A stretch of 64,000 bases of DNA from Lingula anatina (GCA_051362555.1 CM120646.1:2170001-2234000), one strand, 5' to 3'. Positions 23,914-38,600 are shown, counted from the first letter of the stretch. Numbers and translations are program-made. Notes: generated from the sequence alone by a model not told the origin.

Positions 23914-24781
23914 AAAATGGCAATTGACTCTAAAGAGATTAAACATTTTTTTTTTACCTTGGAGGCATGAGATTTCTATCAATCAGGTAGAAATTATGTT
24001 TATTCTCTTAAGAAATGGTTTATTATTTTTACAATCATAACCCAAGAGACGATGGAAAACCTACACCACCATAGATGTAGTTATAGATCAGTCAAACCAT
24101 TGCCAGACTGACAGAAATAATTAAGGTCTTGTTGTGGGGGATATTTACAAACACACATTTATGTCTTTAATTTACCACCATGGGAAAACAAACTGGGTCA
24201 CACAATCACAAAATGAATAAGAAATAGAAGTTTGTCAATTTTTTCTTTATTTGAAAGTTGATAAAAATTTCGAGATTTCTATACAAATTCAGTGAAAATT
24301 ATTTCTTACAATTAAGCCAACGTTCCTACACGAGTGACGAAACATCTGCTATAGCAGACGACAGCCTGTGTGGGTAGATAGTAGCAGGGAGGGGCAGGGC
24401 CAGGCCACATGTTATCATACATACGTACGTACATACTAGTCACTCAGGAACGAGCTGTACAACATGTGCTGCGGCCTAGAAAGGGATGTCACACAAGAAT
24501 AAATATGTTACCCTGGTTACAAAATATATATTGTATGAGCCATGCGTGCTGTAACAAAGAATCGCAGCATCCAGGAACATATGTTTATTATACATTTATT
24601 GGGTTTGTATGACAGTGGTTTATAGGACATGTTATCTCAGAGAGTTTTTTTTGTTTATTTTAACTTATGCATTATGTTTCTTCAGAACAGTGTTTCTCTC
24701 TCTCTCTCTCTCTCTCTGTTTGCTTTCAGGTTACTCTCCCTTGTACATCCACTACTTACACACTGTTACACACATATATGT

Positions 24782-26720
24782 GGGGCATTCCGTGGTATTC
24801 GTTTTGCATTACGGACGGAATTTTGACACTTTAAAAATAAATTCTACAAGAACTATAATACATACATTGTTCAAATTTGGCAGGAATATTGATTAGTGCA
24901 AGCCTAAACTTGTGACCAAAAAACTTGAAATAACATCTATTAGTTTTTGAAAAATATTGGTTATTGATCACCATTACGGACGGAAAAAAATGGACAAGCA
25001 TTTTTATTAATCAACTTCAACTTCAAAACTCTGCTCTGTTTGTGGCTTTTTAAAGATAAAACTGCTTTGACATGACAATTTCATTATTCTAGTTACTTGA
25101 AATGTAAAAGGTTAGTTAAAAAATTTTTTTTAGTTAGGAAATTTTTGAAGTTTAAAAAATCATGTCAGATTACGGACGGAAAATTACGGACGGAAAATTT
25201 GTCCACAGTGCAAAACTTACACAGAAGCCATTAAAAAAGTACAATTAATCATTTATTCATGGTAAAAGTTAACTTTTTACTAAATATGTACATAATAGGA
25301 AGTTATTTTTGATGTCAACTCAAATATTTTTGTGAGCTATTTCAAATTACAAAAACCAACTAAAGTCTACTCTTTCAGAAATAAGAGATCCCTTGTGTTC
25401 TCATATTGTCATTGTTTAAAATTCTGTGTTGAATGCTAATTCAGAAAAGCTACATTTTTAAGTCCTTTTTTTTCATGCTAAAGTTTAAACACTGTTTTTA
25501 TTCTGACACATTAAGACCAACATAGAATTTGTATCTCTGGCATTGGTCCATCACAGGGAATGATACAGGTTTGATAATTTGGTCACTGGAAATCCATGCT
25601 CTGTCTTCTTGAGAAGGAAAGGCAAATAGTTTTTTTTACTTGTCCTTTGCTCAGAGAAAAGTTACTTCTATATCACCACCATCTATGAATGTAATTTGAC
25701 CTAAATAAATTTTCTGAGGATATAGGATAATTTCAGGTAAGTGGCATGGTGCCGGAACAAAGGCATGGCCTCTAGTAATCTTTGATTAACTGCGGTCAGT
25801 AATTATCTTAACTGCTCATCTCCCAGGTATATGCAACTTGTATATGACAGGTAAGTGATCAAAAGCACATTTTATCTTCAAATTGCAATCAAAGTAACTA
25901 AAAATATCCAGGAGAAGCCATGATCATAAGTGATCCTTAATGCACAATTCAAATGCCACTAATTGACAAGTGAGACAGATGTTGACAAGTCTTGCCAGGT
26001 AAGAAAAAGCACTTTTTGACTTTAAATCCTGCATTTTTGAATAATCTTTTTTTTTAGAATAAATCTTTATTCAGGAAACAGTTCTTCTTTAGTTTTAAAA
26101 TTCATAAATCAATTACTTGAGTATGCCACATGAAACCACTCAGTAGAAATGTTATAGCCAGGTAGCTATGCCTTTCCGTCCGTAATGCTAATTTTCCGTC
26201 CGTAATGATTTTTTAATTATGAAATTAATTTGTCTTCAAATATGTTAAAAAAAATTTTTTTTGGATATTTGGTAAACATAGGACTAGTATGAGGAGAATA
26301 TGAAAGGAAATTTATTTCTGCCAAGTAGTCTTTAAAAAAACTTAAAAAATAGAGCCCAAATCATTACGGACGGAAAAAATGACTTTGGATTAATGATTAA
26401 TTAACTATTTTTTAAAGATTTCACTTGATTTTTTATGTGTTTACCCCAAGGACTTGCTGTAATTTATGTCTCAATTGAAAGATATTGATTAAAATTTATT
26501 TTTAGTGTTATATGCAAAAAATAAAAAATTCCGTCCGTAATGCTAATTTTCACATTTTTCAAGTTTAATGCGCTATAAAATCATGAATTCAAAAAATACA
26601 GATAAATCTTTTACAAATTCTTATCCCCTGAAGTCTCTTCTTTCAGAAAATGCAACTTTTGATTGATTTTTGTGCATTTGAAAATTTTATGCCCAGGACA
26701 CAAATACCACGGATTGGCCC
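24782..26720. mobile_element. Non-autonomous TIR DNA transposon relic (Sola2-like by 4-bp TSD and GGG termini)
   Basis: TIRs GGGGCATTCCGTGGTATT / rc GGGCCAATCCGTGGTATT; ATGT on both sides (24778-24781, 26721-26724); eight copies of ATTACGGACGGAA in both orientations. Confidence 0.85.
25510..25719 (-). pseudogene. Degenerate coding remnant inside the transposon
   Basis: Reads PQKIYLGQITFIDGGDIEVTFL*AKDK*KKLFAFPSQEDRAWISSDQIIKPVSFP...RYKFY; protein-like with two in-frame stops. Confidence 0.5.
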
Positions 26721-28184
26721 ATGTACATTTTTTCTTTAGATTCACCATTTCATTCAGTTAAACCAGATTAATTTCACCCTCACCCCTCCCCCTTGTCCTC
26801 AGTACATATCTGTGATAACTTAACATGTCTGTATACTGTGCCCCTACCGCTATTATAAGATAACTCAGGCTGCACAATGAAGCACGCATGGTAGAGAAGA
26901 CAATTCACGTTATCAGTTGACGCACCCCCAGGTCAGGACAAGCAGTGGTTGTCAGTGCACCGAGCAGATAAGCTGTGGTCAGGAGCATGATGGGAGGTTT
27001 TCGGCACGAAAATTCTCTCTGTTGACTTAATACAAATTTTGCTGATATACATACATCACAAGTTTTATCACTCTTGATGATTGACTTTTATTGATAAAAT
27101 TCATATTGTTTTTTCAATAATATTGAACCACACATCAGTTTTAACACGTCACCTGTTCCTCTTATCAAGAACATACAAGAAAAATTACTTCCTTGCTCCC
27201 AAAGGTTGGAGGTAATAGGAGGAGAGGGATTACACTGAGTTTATCATTAATGTAAAATGCCCCCCCCCCCTCTCCTGCCTTTTTCAAAGAATTGTCTTCT
27301 ATGCTGCATGTACTTCATTGTCTTATATCTAACACCTGGCACAGACAAACAATAAGGATACTACAGTCACATGACAGACCCCACTGGCCCTTGGTCTTCA
27401 GGTGTGTGGCCCCCTTTCCTACAGGTCAAAGGACATTCTAAGTGCTTTTTCCCCCCATTCACTGCCATGCCCCCTACTGTACATGACTTCGACCATTTTC
27501 AAATTGTGCCGTATGCTAATGTGCATGGTAACATTTTGAGCGATAAACTTGCAAGAACAGGGGGATAATATCTGCTGTCCCTAATGAGCTAAGCTTAAAT
27601 TGACAGCCTAAAGAAAAGGAAGGTTCCAGAAAAGGCTGACCTATCTTTCGCCTACACAGTCACAATAATTATGTTAATACCTGTAAATGCCTCACTACTT
27701 CACCTATGCGCGCGCGCATGTACATAGCACGTGCACACACACAAACACATCCTTACTATTAAGCCATAATTTTCCTATTTCTAATTATTACATATTAACA
27801 ATGCTGTCAAGCCAGACCATAAATAAGAATTGACAAGAGCAATTTCAAGACCACTGCTTTAAATGTTCCACCTATTTTCATTAAAAAAAATCAGCTTGAG
27901 TAGACCGACATAAGTAAACATAACACAATAAAATGATTTAGTAGAAACATTTCAATTATTGATCACCTCTCTAGAAAATACAACACACTTTTTCTTTCAG
28001 CAAATGTGGAGTTTTGTATGTTTTTACTCGGCATTTCATTATTTACCACCCATATTATTACCCAGAACTAAGACAACACAGCCAGCTGCCACCATGAAGG
28101 CATGGCTTGATTTCAAATATTGATATTTGTTAGGGTTTTTTTACCCTCCATCTTCATCTCTCTCTGTCTTCACTCCAATTTCTG

Positions 28185-28216
<32 letters not shown>

Positions 28217-30881
28217 ACATAAGAATTCTAGGCCAGAATGAAAACAACACTACTGGTGAAAAAAAAAATCAGAGCACCACAAAGGTATCCATATAACAAG
28301 GCAGTATACGAGTACAGAGTCTCTGCCACAGGGGTCATGTCAAGAGACCCCCTATGCAATTAAACTGTAATGTTTTGCCAAGGGGGTAATTTATGCTGTG
28401 GATGTGGCCAGCTAATCACTTCCAAACTCAGGGGTAATATCTACTAGAGCCCTGTTCACACTGGATTCGGTTGACACGAATCTGAATCAATCAAAACCGT
28501 TAATGATCAATCTTGGTTATTTCAATCAATAAGGGAATCAAATAGCTAACTATACTATATATGGCTCTCTCTTTCTTCACACTTTTCATGGAGCATTAAA
28601 CGCCCACACTAGCTGTGAGGCAAGTAAATCAGTCTTGCACCCAATAAGCCATGGACGTCGGTTCAGATAAGAACTGCCTAGCCCCGTGTGAACGCGTCAA
28701 CAGAAGACGGAGGCCTGCCTAATCACCCCGCAGCTCTGACACGGCTCATGAAATATTCACACTGGCGGTTGTTCCCTGGGTTGCGGAATACTCCCAGTTT
28801 AATATGACGCCAGTCAGGGATGAAAAATGGTGAAGAGTCTACACACTACAGATCTATAGAAAATAGTCAAACAGTGGGAACATATCTGACCATTTTATTT
28901 AGATGGTCAACATTTTTAATAAACCAATTGCCAATTTCCCCCCTCATAAATAAATAAATAAATAAACAAAGGGAAAATATTACTACAATATTTTATCATA
29001 ATTTAAGTAATATTCTCCTTTTCTGCAGCTGAATTAGTTTATCTCTAAACTACTGGTGAACATCTGTAAAGACAGCAAAACCCATGTGCCACGTACAGCA
29101 ATATAAGACAAAACCACCAGCAAGGACACAGAGAGATACAGAGAATGGGAAATAAAACCCACACCGCCCACAATCCATCTCCCCACAAACGTCATGAAAT
29201 GAACAGCCAATGCAAGTCTTTTTATTAAAGCAGGCCGCAGAAATGTGGGTATGGCTTCCAAACATGGATGCTCTCAATAAAGGAGATTTTGGTTTTTGGG
29301 TTTGAGACACCTTACTGCGTTAATCAATATAATTACTGGCCTTCCTTGGGGACTGAGCAGATTTTGGCCATTCACTAGGAGTTTTGAAAACATGTATAGA
29401 TCAAGAGCAACAAGAGGAAGCTCAGATTATTTCACTAATACCAGCATTTTACCCAAGTTTTAAGAGAGCTATCTTCCTCTTGGCTGCTGCCACTGATTGA
29501 ACTTTCGCAGCACTGAGTTGCCTGATGTTCCTTCAGGTGACTTTTAAATCTAATGGATATTAAAATATAAAGGGGTGAAAATTTCTTTTAATAGCTGACA
29601 CCCAAGAATGGTTATATACAGCTTTAAATTAATAGAAAATGTCAATGTGGTTAACCACCTAAAATAAGCTCTAGAACTTGTTTCACCAAGGACAGAATTA
29701 TGTTCACAAATTAACATTTGAACTTTGGAGTTTGTCTGAGACAACAGAACAGCATAGTTGTTGCTTAAATTATTCATAATGCATAGTTTTAAATCCTACA
29801 GAGAACATGTCTCAGATATTATTTATCAGGAAATCTACAAGTATCCATGGGGACTGTTACACAAGGTGGGGGGGGGGGGGGGATTGAAATCTTCCTGCAG
29901 GCTTTTATTTATTTATTTATTATTTCATTTATTTATTTTTATTATTTATTTTTATTTATTTATTTATTTATTTATTCATTTTATCTTTTATTATTATTAT
30001 TATTTTTGCAGCCAGCAAGTTCTTTTTTTTTCATGCACTGTTCAATACACTGGAGGCATACACAGACATAAGAATATTATACAAGTTTCCTTTTTTTATT
30101 CATTAATATCTATTAATTTATTTAAAAATGTTCTTGTTGGCTGGTTTGTCATTGATTTAAGTCAAAAGTTTATTCAGATCTTTTCAAAAGAAGTGATTGA
30201 GGAAAAAGCACTGCGAAAGGATTAATCACAGCAGCCGAAGACTGTCGTGACGCCAGGAAACCCGCCAGGAAATTCTCAAGGAAAGGTTACGGTTCGTCTT
30301 AACCAGAGAAACCATTGGTGTGGCCTTATTAGCCTCTACCCAGACCCAGAAGTGACATTCTAAGCCAGCGCTGACGCACAGTGGGGATATATTCATCCCA
30401 CACCATCCTGGAGATAATCGATGCCTTCGTTCATCAGGGGGCCTCCTCAAAATATCCCTGGTTTCTGTTCCTCAGGGGGCAGCTCAATATAGCCGCCGTC
30501 TAGGTTGGCAGAGCCTCAAGTGAAAGCCAGGAGACCAGGAAGAGCTGAGTTATTTTAGACAAAACGCCAAATGATAGGGTCGTATCTGACACAGGACTGC
30601 CATTTTGAGGAGTAGGTGGGAGGAGAGGAGGGGGATGGGGGGGGGGGACGATGAATTATTATAATTTATAATTCACATTTACTAACATGAAAGTTGTTTC
30701 AATTCCCTCTGATAATGATAAAAATCTTTGTTTTCCATAGTTCACCTGGATGAGATAAACAAGGACACTTAAACCAATACAAAAAGTCCACAACTTTTCC
30801 ACCTGAGTGGAGAGTATTGATCAAATACAGAAAATCACAGTGAAAAATATTCTCTCTCTCTCCCTCCCCCTCCCTATCTAG

Positions 30882-30922
<41 letters not shown>

Positions 30923-31599
30923 CCACCCTCCTCCCCTCCCCCCTCTCTCTCTCATCTTTTCTTAGGTTTGCAGAAGATGAGGGCTCCTGAATGGTTTTAT
31001 ATTAATTTTAGATGCACAGACTATGGTTGGAATATACAGAAGACACAGGTTGCTTATTATCAATTCTATGCCACAGGAAGATGACAAAGGAGACACGACA
31101 GGGGGGATTGCGACTTTTACAGTTTTTATAGACGGATCTCAAATATGAAAGAAACAAACAGAATCTTAATTTTTGCAAATTCATGTCAACTAATCATTTT
31201 TTGACTCAACACAAACATATCTAGAACATGAAAAAAAATTAGCAATTTTACGCAAGGTTCCAAATCTGACAACCAAAAATTATAGCAAAAGTCTAGCAAA
31301 ACTTTTGATAAGTACTACTAAATAGAAATGCTAGTGCAGATGCCTTTAAGGAGTTGTGTAATATACAGGACATGAAAGCTTATTCTAGAATGTCTGTAAT
31401 TACTAATAGGTGAGTTTTTAATTACAAATGACTGACAACTAGAACCAAAACAATGAAGCGATCAATATATTTCAGTTTAATTTTTCACATCCGACCATAT
31501 GTCACCATTTAAACATACCCTCTGTCTGAATTTTTTCATCAAAACAGAATTATAAACCTTGCTTTATTTTATGCTCTGTTATAAGACTTCAGGCTAACT

Positions 31600-32114
31600 T
31601 AGGCCATATTCACAACCAAAGTTGATCTGCAGACTTTGAGGCCATTCAGAATGAGAAGAGCCGAGTACTAGCTAGGCCATGGCCTAAATATGGTGGACCT
31701 ACATGAAAGGAAGACAGCTTAATCCTGTAATGGTCTTTCCACCTCTCACACGCCTCCCCACATGTTGTTCCTCGACTGGTTGAATTTAGGCCGAGATTGA
31801 ATTACTGTGCCCCTGCAGAGTCAGCGCGTGGGGAGGCACATGAGAGGCAGAGATACCATTACACGATTTAAGCGGTCTTCCTTTCATGTAGGTCCGCCAT
31901 ATTTAAGCCGTGGTCTAGCTAGCACTAGGCTCTTCTCATTCTGAATGGCCTCTTACAGACCTGTGGATCAAATATGGCCGACCTTACTGCATAATCCCCA
32001 CGGGGCATCTATTCAGTGTGTATAAGGGGATTATGCAGCAAGTTTTCAAGTGGGTCAGCCATATTTGATCCACAGGTCTGTTAGTTCAAGATCAAATTGT
32101 ATAGAATGCACCCT
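31600..32114. mobile_element. MITE family A copy interrupted by a nested hairpin element
   Basis: Left end aggccatattcacaaccaaagttgatctgcagact; resumes at 31953 with acagacctgtggatcaaatatggccg...cagccatatttgatccacaggtctgt. Confidence 0.75.
31638..31952. mobile_element. 315-bp fold-back MITE (family C) nested in family A
   Basis: GAGGCCATTCAGAATGAGAAGAGCC terminal inverted repeat; arm complementarity continues for more than 100 bp. Confidence 0.88.
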
Positions 32115-34353
32115 TAGATGATTCCCGCTGTGATTTATCTAATAACTAATAATTCAAAACCACCTTTCATTGTCTCTAGGAAAAATAATTCTTCTGATTA
32201 TAAAGCACCCTCATGTCTCAGTGCAGAATGTAAAATACCTTTTAAAATTTCAACAGTCTATAGAACAGCTTTTGTGTTTTCAGAGAACATAACAAGAAAA
32301 AACAAAATGTGAACAGAATAGCAGATGAGATGGGGGAAGTCAGTGGTGATTTCTTGGTTACGGACAGATAAAAGTTCATCAGCATTTGAACTGAAAAGGA
32401 GCTGATGAGGCTTAGAAGTACACTGTCTCCAATTATTCGATCTGTATCGAAAAGTATCTATAATGAATGAATAAGTTTCTATGGTATAGGATAGCTGATT
32501 AAATACACAACTTGAATTCTGCGTTTTATTTTTCAGAAATACATAGTTAACATCAAGGGCAAATTGATATCATTGAACCAGAGATGGTCTAACTAAACAA
32601 GCAATAATTTTTTAATCTGAGGAACAAAGTGATATCTTTTTAGTAAAACTCCTCCTCTTCCTTACGCACAATTTTATGTCATAGAAAAGGAGGCAAATCA
32701 TACCCCTGATTTGATCAAGGAACTGGGTAGAATGGCCCCCTCTCAGAGGGTTGTTGAGACAAATAAACACTGTACTAAGTGCACTGCACGGGTATTAAAG
32801 ACCAAAGTCCTATATACGCTAGAAATAATTAACTTAACCAACAAAAAGCATAAAGAAAAAAAATTTGGATACTATAATTTTCGGGGAGAATAATTCTAAG
32901 TTGCGAGGTATATTATCCGTATCTCTCCTCCCATCTCCCTTTCTGCCAGTCACCTTTCTCTTTTCACATAAAAATCCAATACAATATGTTTGCTCAGCCC
33001 TGCCGTTTCCCCCACCCACCCATAGCAAAAACACCCTCAAATAGACGTCAGAGACTGTGGCCCCACCCAGCAACAAAATAACAGCCATTCTATAAGGATT
33101 CCCATATTATACAGGGTCCTGCCCTAAAGATAATGAACAGACAGAAAGAAACCTGTCTCTCTGAGGCAATTCCAGTTCTAGACGTCATAAATACACAGTC
33201 CAACCCTCATGATAAGACAGAGTGCCCCGTTGTCTGGATGGCAAATAGCAGTGCATTTTTTGTTGGTGAGATAAGGGGAGGGATTTGTGGAGAGGGTTTA
33301 TTTTTAGACTCAATGTTCTCTCCAGTCCACCCACGACTATGAGCTAGCTTTATGTACAGGGTCAGACCATGGGTGTGGTGTCCTATATCTTAGAAAAACT
33401 ATGTCCCCGATACGACACAAACTCCTTTATGGTATTTACTAGAATCGTATACATATAATACCTTTAACCATGGGTTGCCGTTTTAAGGTTGAAAACGAAA
33501 GATAAATTTAAACGTTATGCCCCCCCCCCCCAATAAAAAAACTCATTCCTTAGTCAGCTGCCATGGCTAATATCTCTAAGCTGTCTGCACTTTCTTTCAA
33601 GCACAGTCATGCAATTCAATAATAACTGATGTGTAAATACAATGAACTTCATAAGATTTTGAAAACTATTTTCTCTTTTTTAAAAATTCTATTAAATTAA
33701 CTTACCTTTTGAGTTTATTCATTTAAGTATTAATTTGTAATACATGTGCAATTTATTGCTTTTAATATGAAAAAAAAAATCACCTGCCCACTGAAAATGT
33801 CTATTAAAATAAAATAAAACTTTTATTTCATTTGATATTAAATGAACAAGCATGGTTTGCAGGTATATATACCTGTAAAAAACAAAATTCCAATTAAATC
33901 CAAACATGCTGCCCAGCAGTCATTTAAGTTCAAACTTAAAATTTAGACCCCAAAAAATATCTTGGGGAAATGCACGTAAGCACAAGCAGCCATAAAGTTT
34001 CAATGACAGGAAAATCAGGGCAGGCTTTGCTAGTCGGCAGTGGGTGGGAATACTTCCTGTCAGAAAAAGGGTGTCAATTAGAGGGTATCTGGGTAAAATT
34101 TGACCAAAAAGAAAAGTTAACATGAATTCTAGCAACAAACCAATGGAGCTTATAACTTATAGCATTTCAAGAGGTGTTACGATTCATCTGTTACAAAAAA
34201 AAGATTGTTTCAACAACATAGATAGTGAATTATATAACATGGAGGTAATGAGAGGAGTGGCAGAAAATTCATATTTTGCAAGCCTGTCTCATTAAATAAC
34301 AAAACTTTGCCATCTGTTCCTGGTAGTTTCATACATCAGTCAATGTAAACAAA

Positions 34354-34355
<2 letters not shown>

Positions 34356-34402
<47 letters not shown>
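34356..34402 (+). repeat. (GA)n microsatellite
   Basis: Direct inspection. Confidence 0.95.
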
Positions 34403-34405
<3 letters not shown>

Positions 34406-35194
34406 GTGAGGTTTAGATATAGGGGAAAAGAAGAATTTATTTTCAACTAGTAAGGGTGTTCAAAACCCAGTTTTCTAATAAGACATAAAATATAAAATAT
34501 ACAACAGTCTGAAGAAGTTGGTGTCGGAACATATTAACTGATAATACATACATATCATGGCTTATTACGTGGCACGTGCTAAAATCAAGAATGTATACCA
34601 GAAATCAGAAAATTTTAGCCTGGAAATGTGAAGTTGACACACACAGTGATACTAATTATTGCACAAAAACTCCCTTCTTTAAATTAGTGCCACAAATAAG
34701 TTGGCATATCCCCAAACATCTCCAAATGTCATATGTGTGTGTCATCTTCAATGATCATACGTTGTGCTGTTCACCGAATTCACAACTAACAGAAATGTAT
34801 CCTGGGTAAATCAGGTCTCAATGGCCGCTGTACAAGACAGACAGACAGAATACCCTTATCCCTAGCACCCTTATCAGATATACGCCATAACATAAACTCT
34901 TTTTCTCTCTCTCCACACACATATAGACGAATTAAAAAAATGAATTTTTCTTTGTGCAATAAATTATTTAACTCCAGCATATTGCAACGCTCCTCACTTG
35001 CATAACTTTTTTTGTTCAGAAATCAAAAAGGGAATGAACATATATCAAACCTACTTTTTGAAAGCTGAAAGAAGGATAGAGAAAAATCAGCCACAAGAAT
35101 GATGCAATAAGAACTTCCAAAAACAAATACAAAGTGAAAACAATCACAAATGAAATCAATACGAATAACTGTCAAACATGCATAACATTTTTAG

Positions 35195-35645
35195 GCCCCA
35201 ATCCCATATGCCACATAGATCTACTCAGATCGAACCAGCTCTGCAGGAACACTCGCTAAGTGCAATCAGCTTAACTGAATGACACACCCCCTCTTGTTTC
35301 TAACGGTCTACTTGTATCATCACCAGCTCTTTTGTATTCTACTCAGCGCCAGGAGATGGTGTGTCTGGGGTAGCGCTAACGCTCGCCAATTCAGCCAAAT
35401 GCTAAAACTGACATAAATTGGCTAAAGAAAAAGGGCTTGATTTGACATGTTTTAGCCAAATTATAACCATTTTGGTAACAAATTGACAGAAATGTGGTGA
35501 TTTCATAATTTTGGCTAAGCGAAAAAAATTGCTAGCGCTTCCCCAGTGTGTCATTGTCATTCAGTTAAACTGATTGCAATCAGCGAGAGTTCCCGCAGAG
35601 TTGGATCGAACTAGTCTACGACAGTGATTATGGGAATGGGATCTT
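35195..35645. mobile_element. MITE family B copy with nested insert at 35365-35546
   Basis: Arms ctctgcaggaacactcgctaagtgcaatcagcttaactgaatgaca / tgtcattcagttaaactgattgcaatcagcgagagttcccgcagag; insert CTGGGGTAGCGCTA...TAGCGCTTCCCCAG flanked by TGTGT twice. Confidence 0.75.
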
Positions 35646-38600
35646 ACAAATTACTGCCATGACAGCCCCTAGCAAACTAGCACAGAATTCAACGGGCAAT
35701 TATTTAGACCTTACACTAAAGCCAAGCTGACTATAAGTACATTCAAATCCCAGTGCATACATCTTTTACGTCAAAGTTGCCAGGGTGTTAATTGTCTCAC
35801 CCACCCACCCAGAAACAGTTGGAGAGACTACACCAATATTACCCTTGGTCGTTTCCCTGACGTCAGTGCAGACTTTGCATGATGAGGGATATCAGTCGTG
35901 CAGTGCCAGTTTTAATATGCCTTGTTCGCACTATGTGATACCCGGAAGCTATGTCAGTCAATATTACACAGTCCCTTATAATATATATTATTCACAGGGG
36001 TTACCCCCCCCCCCCCCAACCGGGATTTGAGGTACAGGGAGTCCAAAATGTGAATCTGAAATTTAGTCATGGATTCACAAGGATTAAAACCCAAGAAAGC
36101 CCAAACAACTAACCCCAAAATTTTGCAAGCTGTCCAGCTGTCTTTGGAAATATTGGCAGTCTTTCGATGCCAATGACAATCAAAATGACGACTGGGTGGC
36201 TCTCTAGGGAAAGCTTTGACTATAAAATATATACAGATTATCTTTACCTATAAATTTCTCCTTCAACTTCTTTTTAAAAACTGAAAATTTATCTTTATCT
36301 TATTTAACCAACCAAAAAAAAAAATTTTCAGGCACATAGTTGTGTCTAATCTTAACTTTTGTGGACATAAAAGTTCGTGAAACTCATAAGGAATTCAGAC
36401 TGCATTTTTAAATATGGGGCAATGTGATAAAAATGGATTACTATGGAGTCTTTATCTTAATCTTGTGCACTATCAGACCCTTCCTATTCTATTTTTAGAC
36501 CTTGTTCTAAATTAAAATCTTAAAATATATTGAACAAACTAACACATGAACATGTAAAAAGCCAAAGTTTTTAGTGAACAACACCTTGTTGTTGGAGAAA
36601 TTTTATTTAGGATGAAAAAATGCCCAACATTTTTAAACACAATCCCTGCATACAAAAATCTTTATCAGAATATATACAAAGTAAAAACTTTTAAAATGCG
36701 GGAATGAGGGCTGTCTCATTTACTGAATCATTCTAGCTATATACAAGGACGGTTTTTTAATGTTTCATAGAACTTTGTAACTAATTTTCCCCCTTATTCA
36801 GTTCTTATTATTGACAGAAAATTGTTTTGAATAATTAAATTAAAATGGAGAACCTCCTTTCCTCATGACCATACAAAAGATATCTTAAATTCAGTTTTGA
36901 CTTGTGGCAGCAACAGTGGTGACCTGCCTTATGGTGGCAACATTAGGGAGGTAAAAACCAGGCAAACGGACTGACCTCGACCACCCAAGTAGTGACAAAA
37001 ACCAGACTAAAACCAAATACATAAATAGAAAAGCAACTTTCTGCCCACCATTTCACCAGGCACACACACACATTCAGGTTATTCATAGGCCAGAGCTCCC
37101 TGTACTCAGATTGCCATTTATCATACCAGTCACCCTGACAAGTAATGATGTCAACCCCTCCCCCTCTCTCCTCCCCCCTCCCCCCAGGTCCTTGGTCCCT
37201 ACGCTTGCCAATGGAGCACAATTAATATTTATGTATCATTAAATGTCACAATATGTATTTCATGTGCCCACATTGGCTACATGTCGCAGATACATCCATT
37301 ATAATAATAATACTCCTGGAATATTAAACATGGCTGGTTATGAAAGGCCTGAGGCTGTGTCATTGAGGAAGACTGAAAATTTCTGTCACAGCCCTGTCAT
37401 AAGAGAGTCCTTTGTTTCTCAGGGTAAAGAGATAATGTGATGAGAACAGTCATAATATAATTATCCTTGTCAATTCTAACTAATTGGTCAATTAATAACT
37501 AGAGGAAATATTTCTGAATTTCTGCACCTTTCTGTCATACTTTGTGTGTCCCCCAAAGATGACATGACAGACAAATTTGAAAAAATTCTTCAACTAAATA
37601 ATTCTCAGTCAAATTTACCACATCCGTTTCTATCACGATAAATATTCAATACTGCCACAATGACAATACAATCCCATTTCTCCTTCTCATTCAGTAAAAA
37701 AAAGTATTACAACATGCCAAAGCTTTAAAAAAAAAACAAGACAATATGACTTCAATGCACTTAGAGATAAGGGTCACATAATCTTCTATAACCTCTGTTA
37801 CAATCCCTATGCCGGACAATAAAACAATACCCGTCGTTTACGATACAGACATCACTCAGTGCTGTACCTGAATAGAATGACCTAGAATTCTTCAACCCGA
37901 GTTCCACGGGTCCATCAGTGAGTCATCCAACCTATCCTCATACCCGAGCCGTAGGTGGAAGTACCCTGGGTAACAGGGTGTTTGCTAATCCATCATGTTA
38001 GGGTTCAGAGGGTTGGCTCTGCCTCTCCAGACAGATGTACTTATTTAACTCTGGGGGCCTCGAAAGGGTGTTAGCCTTTACTTTAAGCACTATTTTGTAT
38101 ACTTTGGTCTGAGATACATTAGTTGTAGTCCAAATAAATGAAATATTGAGCCACTTTTATTAGGAAAAAGTTGTTGCTGATGTTTCAGGGCATTAGCCAG
38201 GGATTTCAAAGGAGAGGGGGGGGGGGTTATTTTCTAAAAAACCATAATGTACCGAGATCAAATTTTGCCAAGCACAGACCTTTTCCCAGCGAACAGGGCA
38301 GTTTCTTTCAACACCCCACCCCCCCACTAGTGGCCTGCTGACAAACTCTAATTAATGGACTAATTCTGTAGACTAAAATGTTTGATGTTTAAAGAATATT
38401 TACAAATTCAGTTCTTTTGTGAAAAAACCCTCAGAGACTAAAAAAGAAAAGAGTCTGCTTTGAAGAGATGCTGGAGCCAAACTCGGTAAACTAGGGGAGT
38501 TTGTGTCGACAACACAACCATCGCCATTTATTTTTCTTCCGATTTGAGACATTTCAAGACAGGACTTCTAACCTGGGCACAGGCCAAAAGGCTACACAAA

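Noticed and set aside
29758-30225. 155-aa hydrophobic ORF (similar ones at 13302, 20282, 59618)
   Set aside because: Produced by AT-rich simple repeats and homopolymer runs; no splice or codon evidence.
30226-30600. GC-richer intronic patch as a hidden exon
   Set aside because: No frame-compatible splice-site pair or recognisable peptide found; it may be an enhancer, but I cannot support that.
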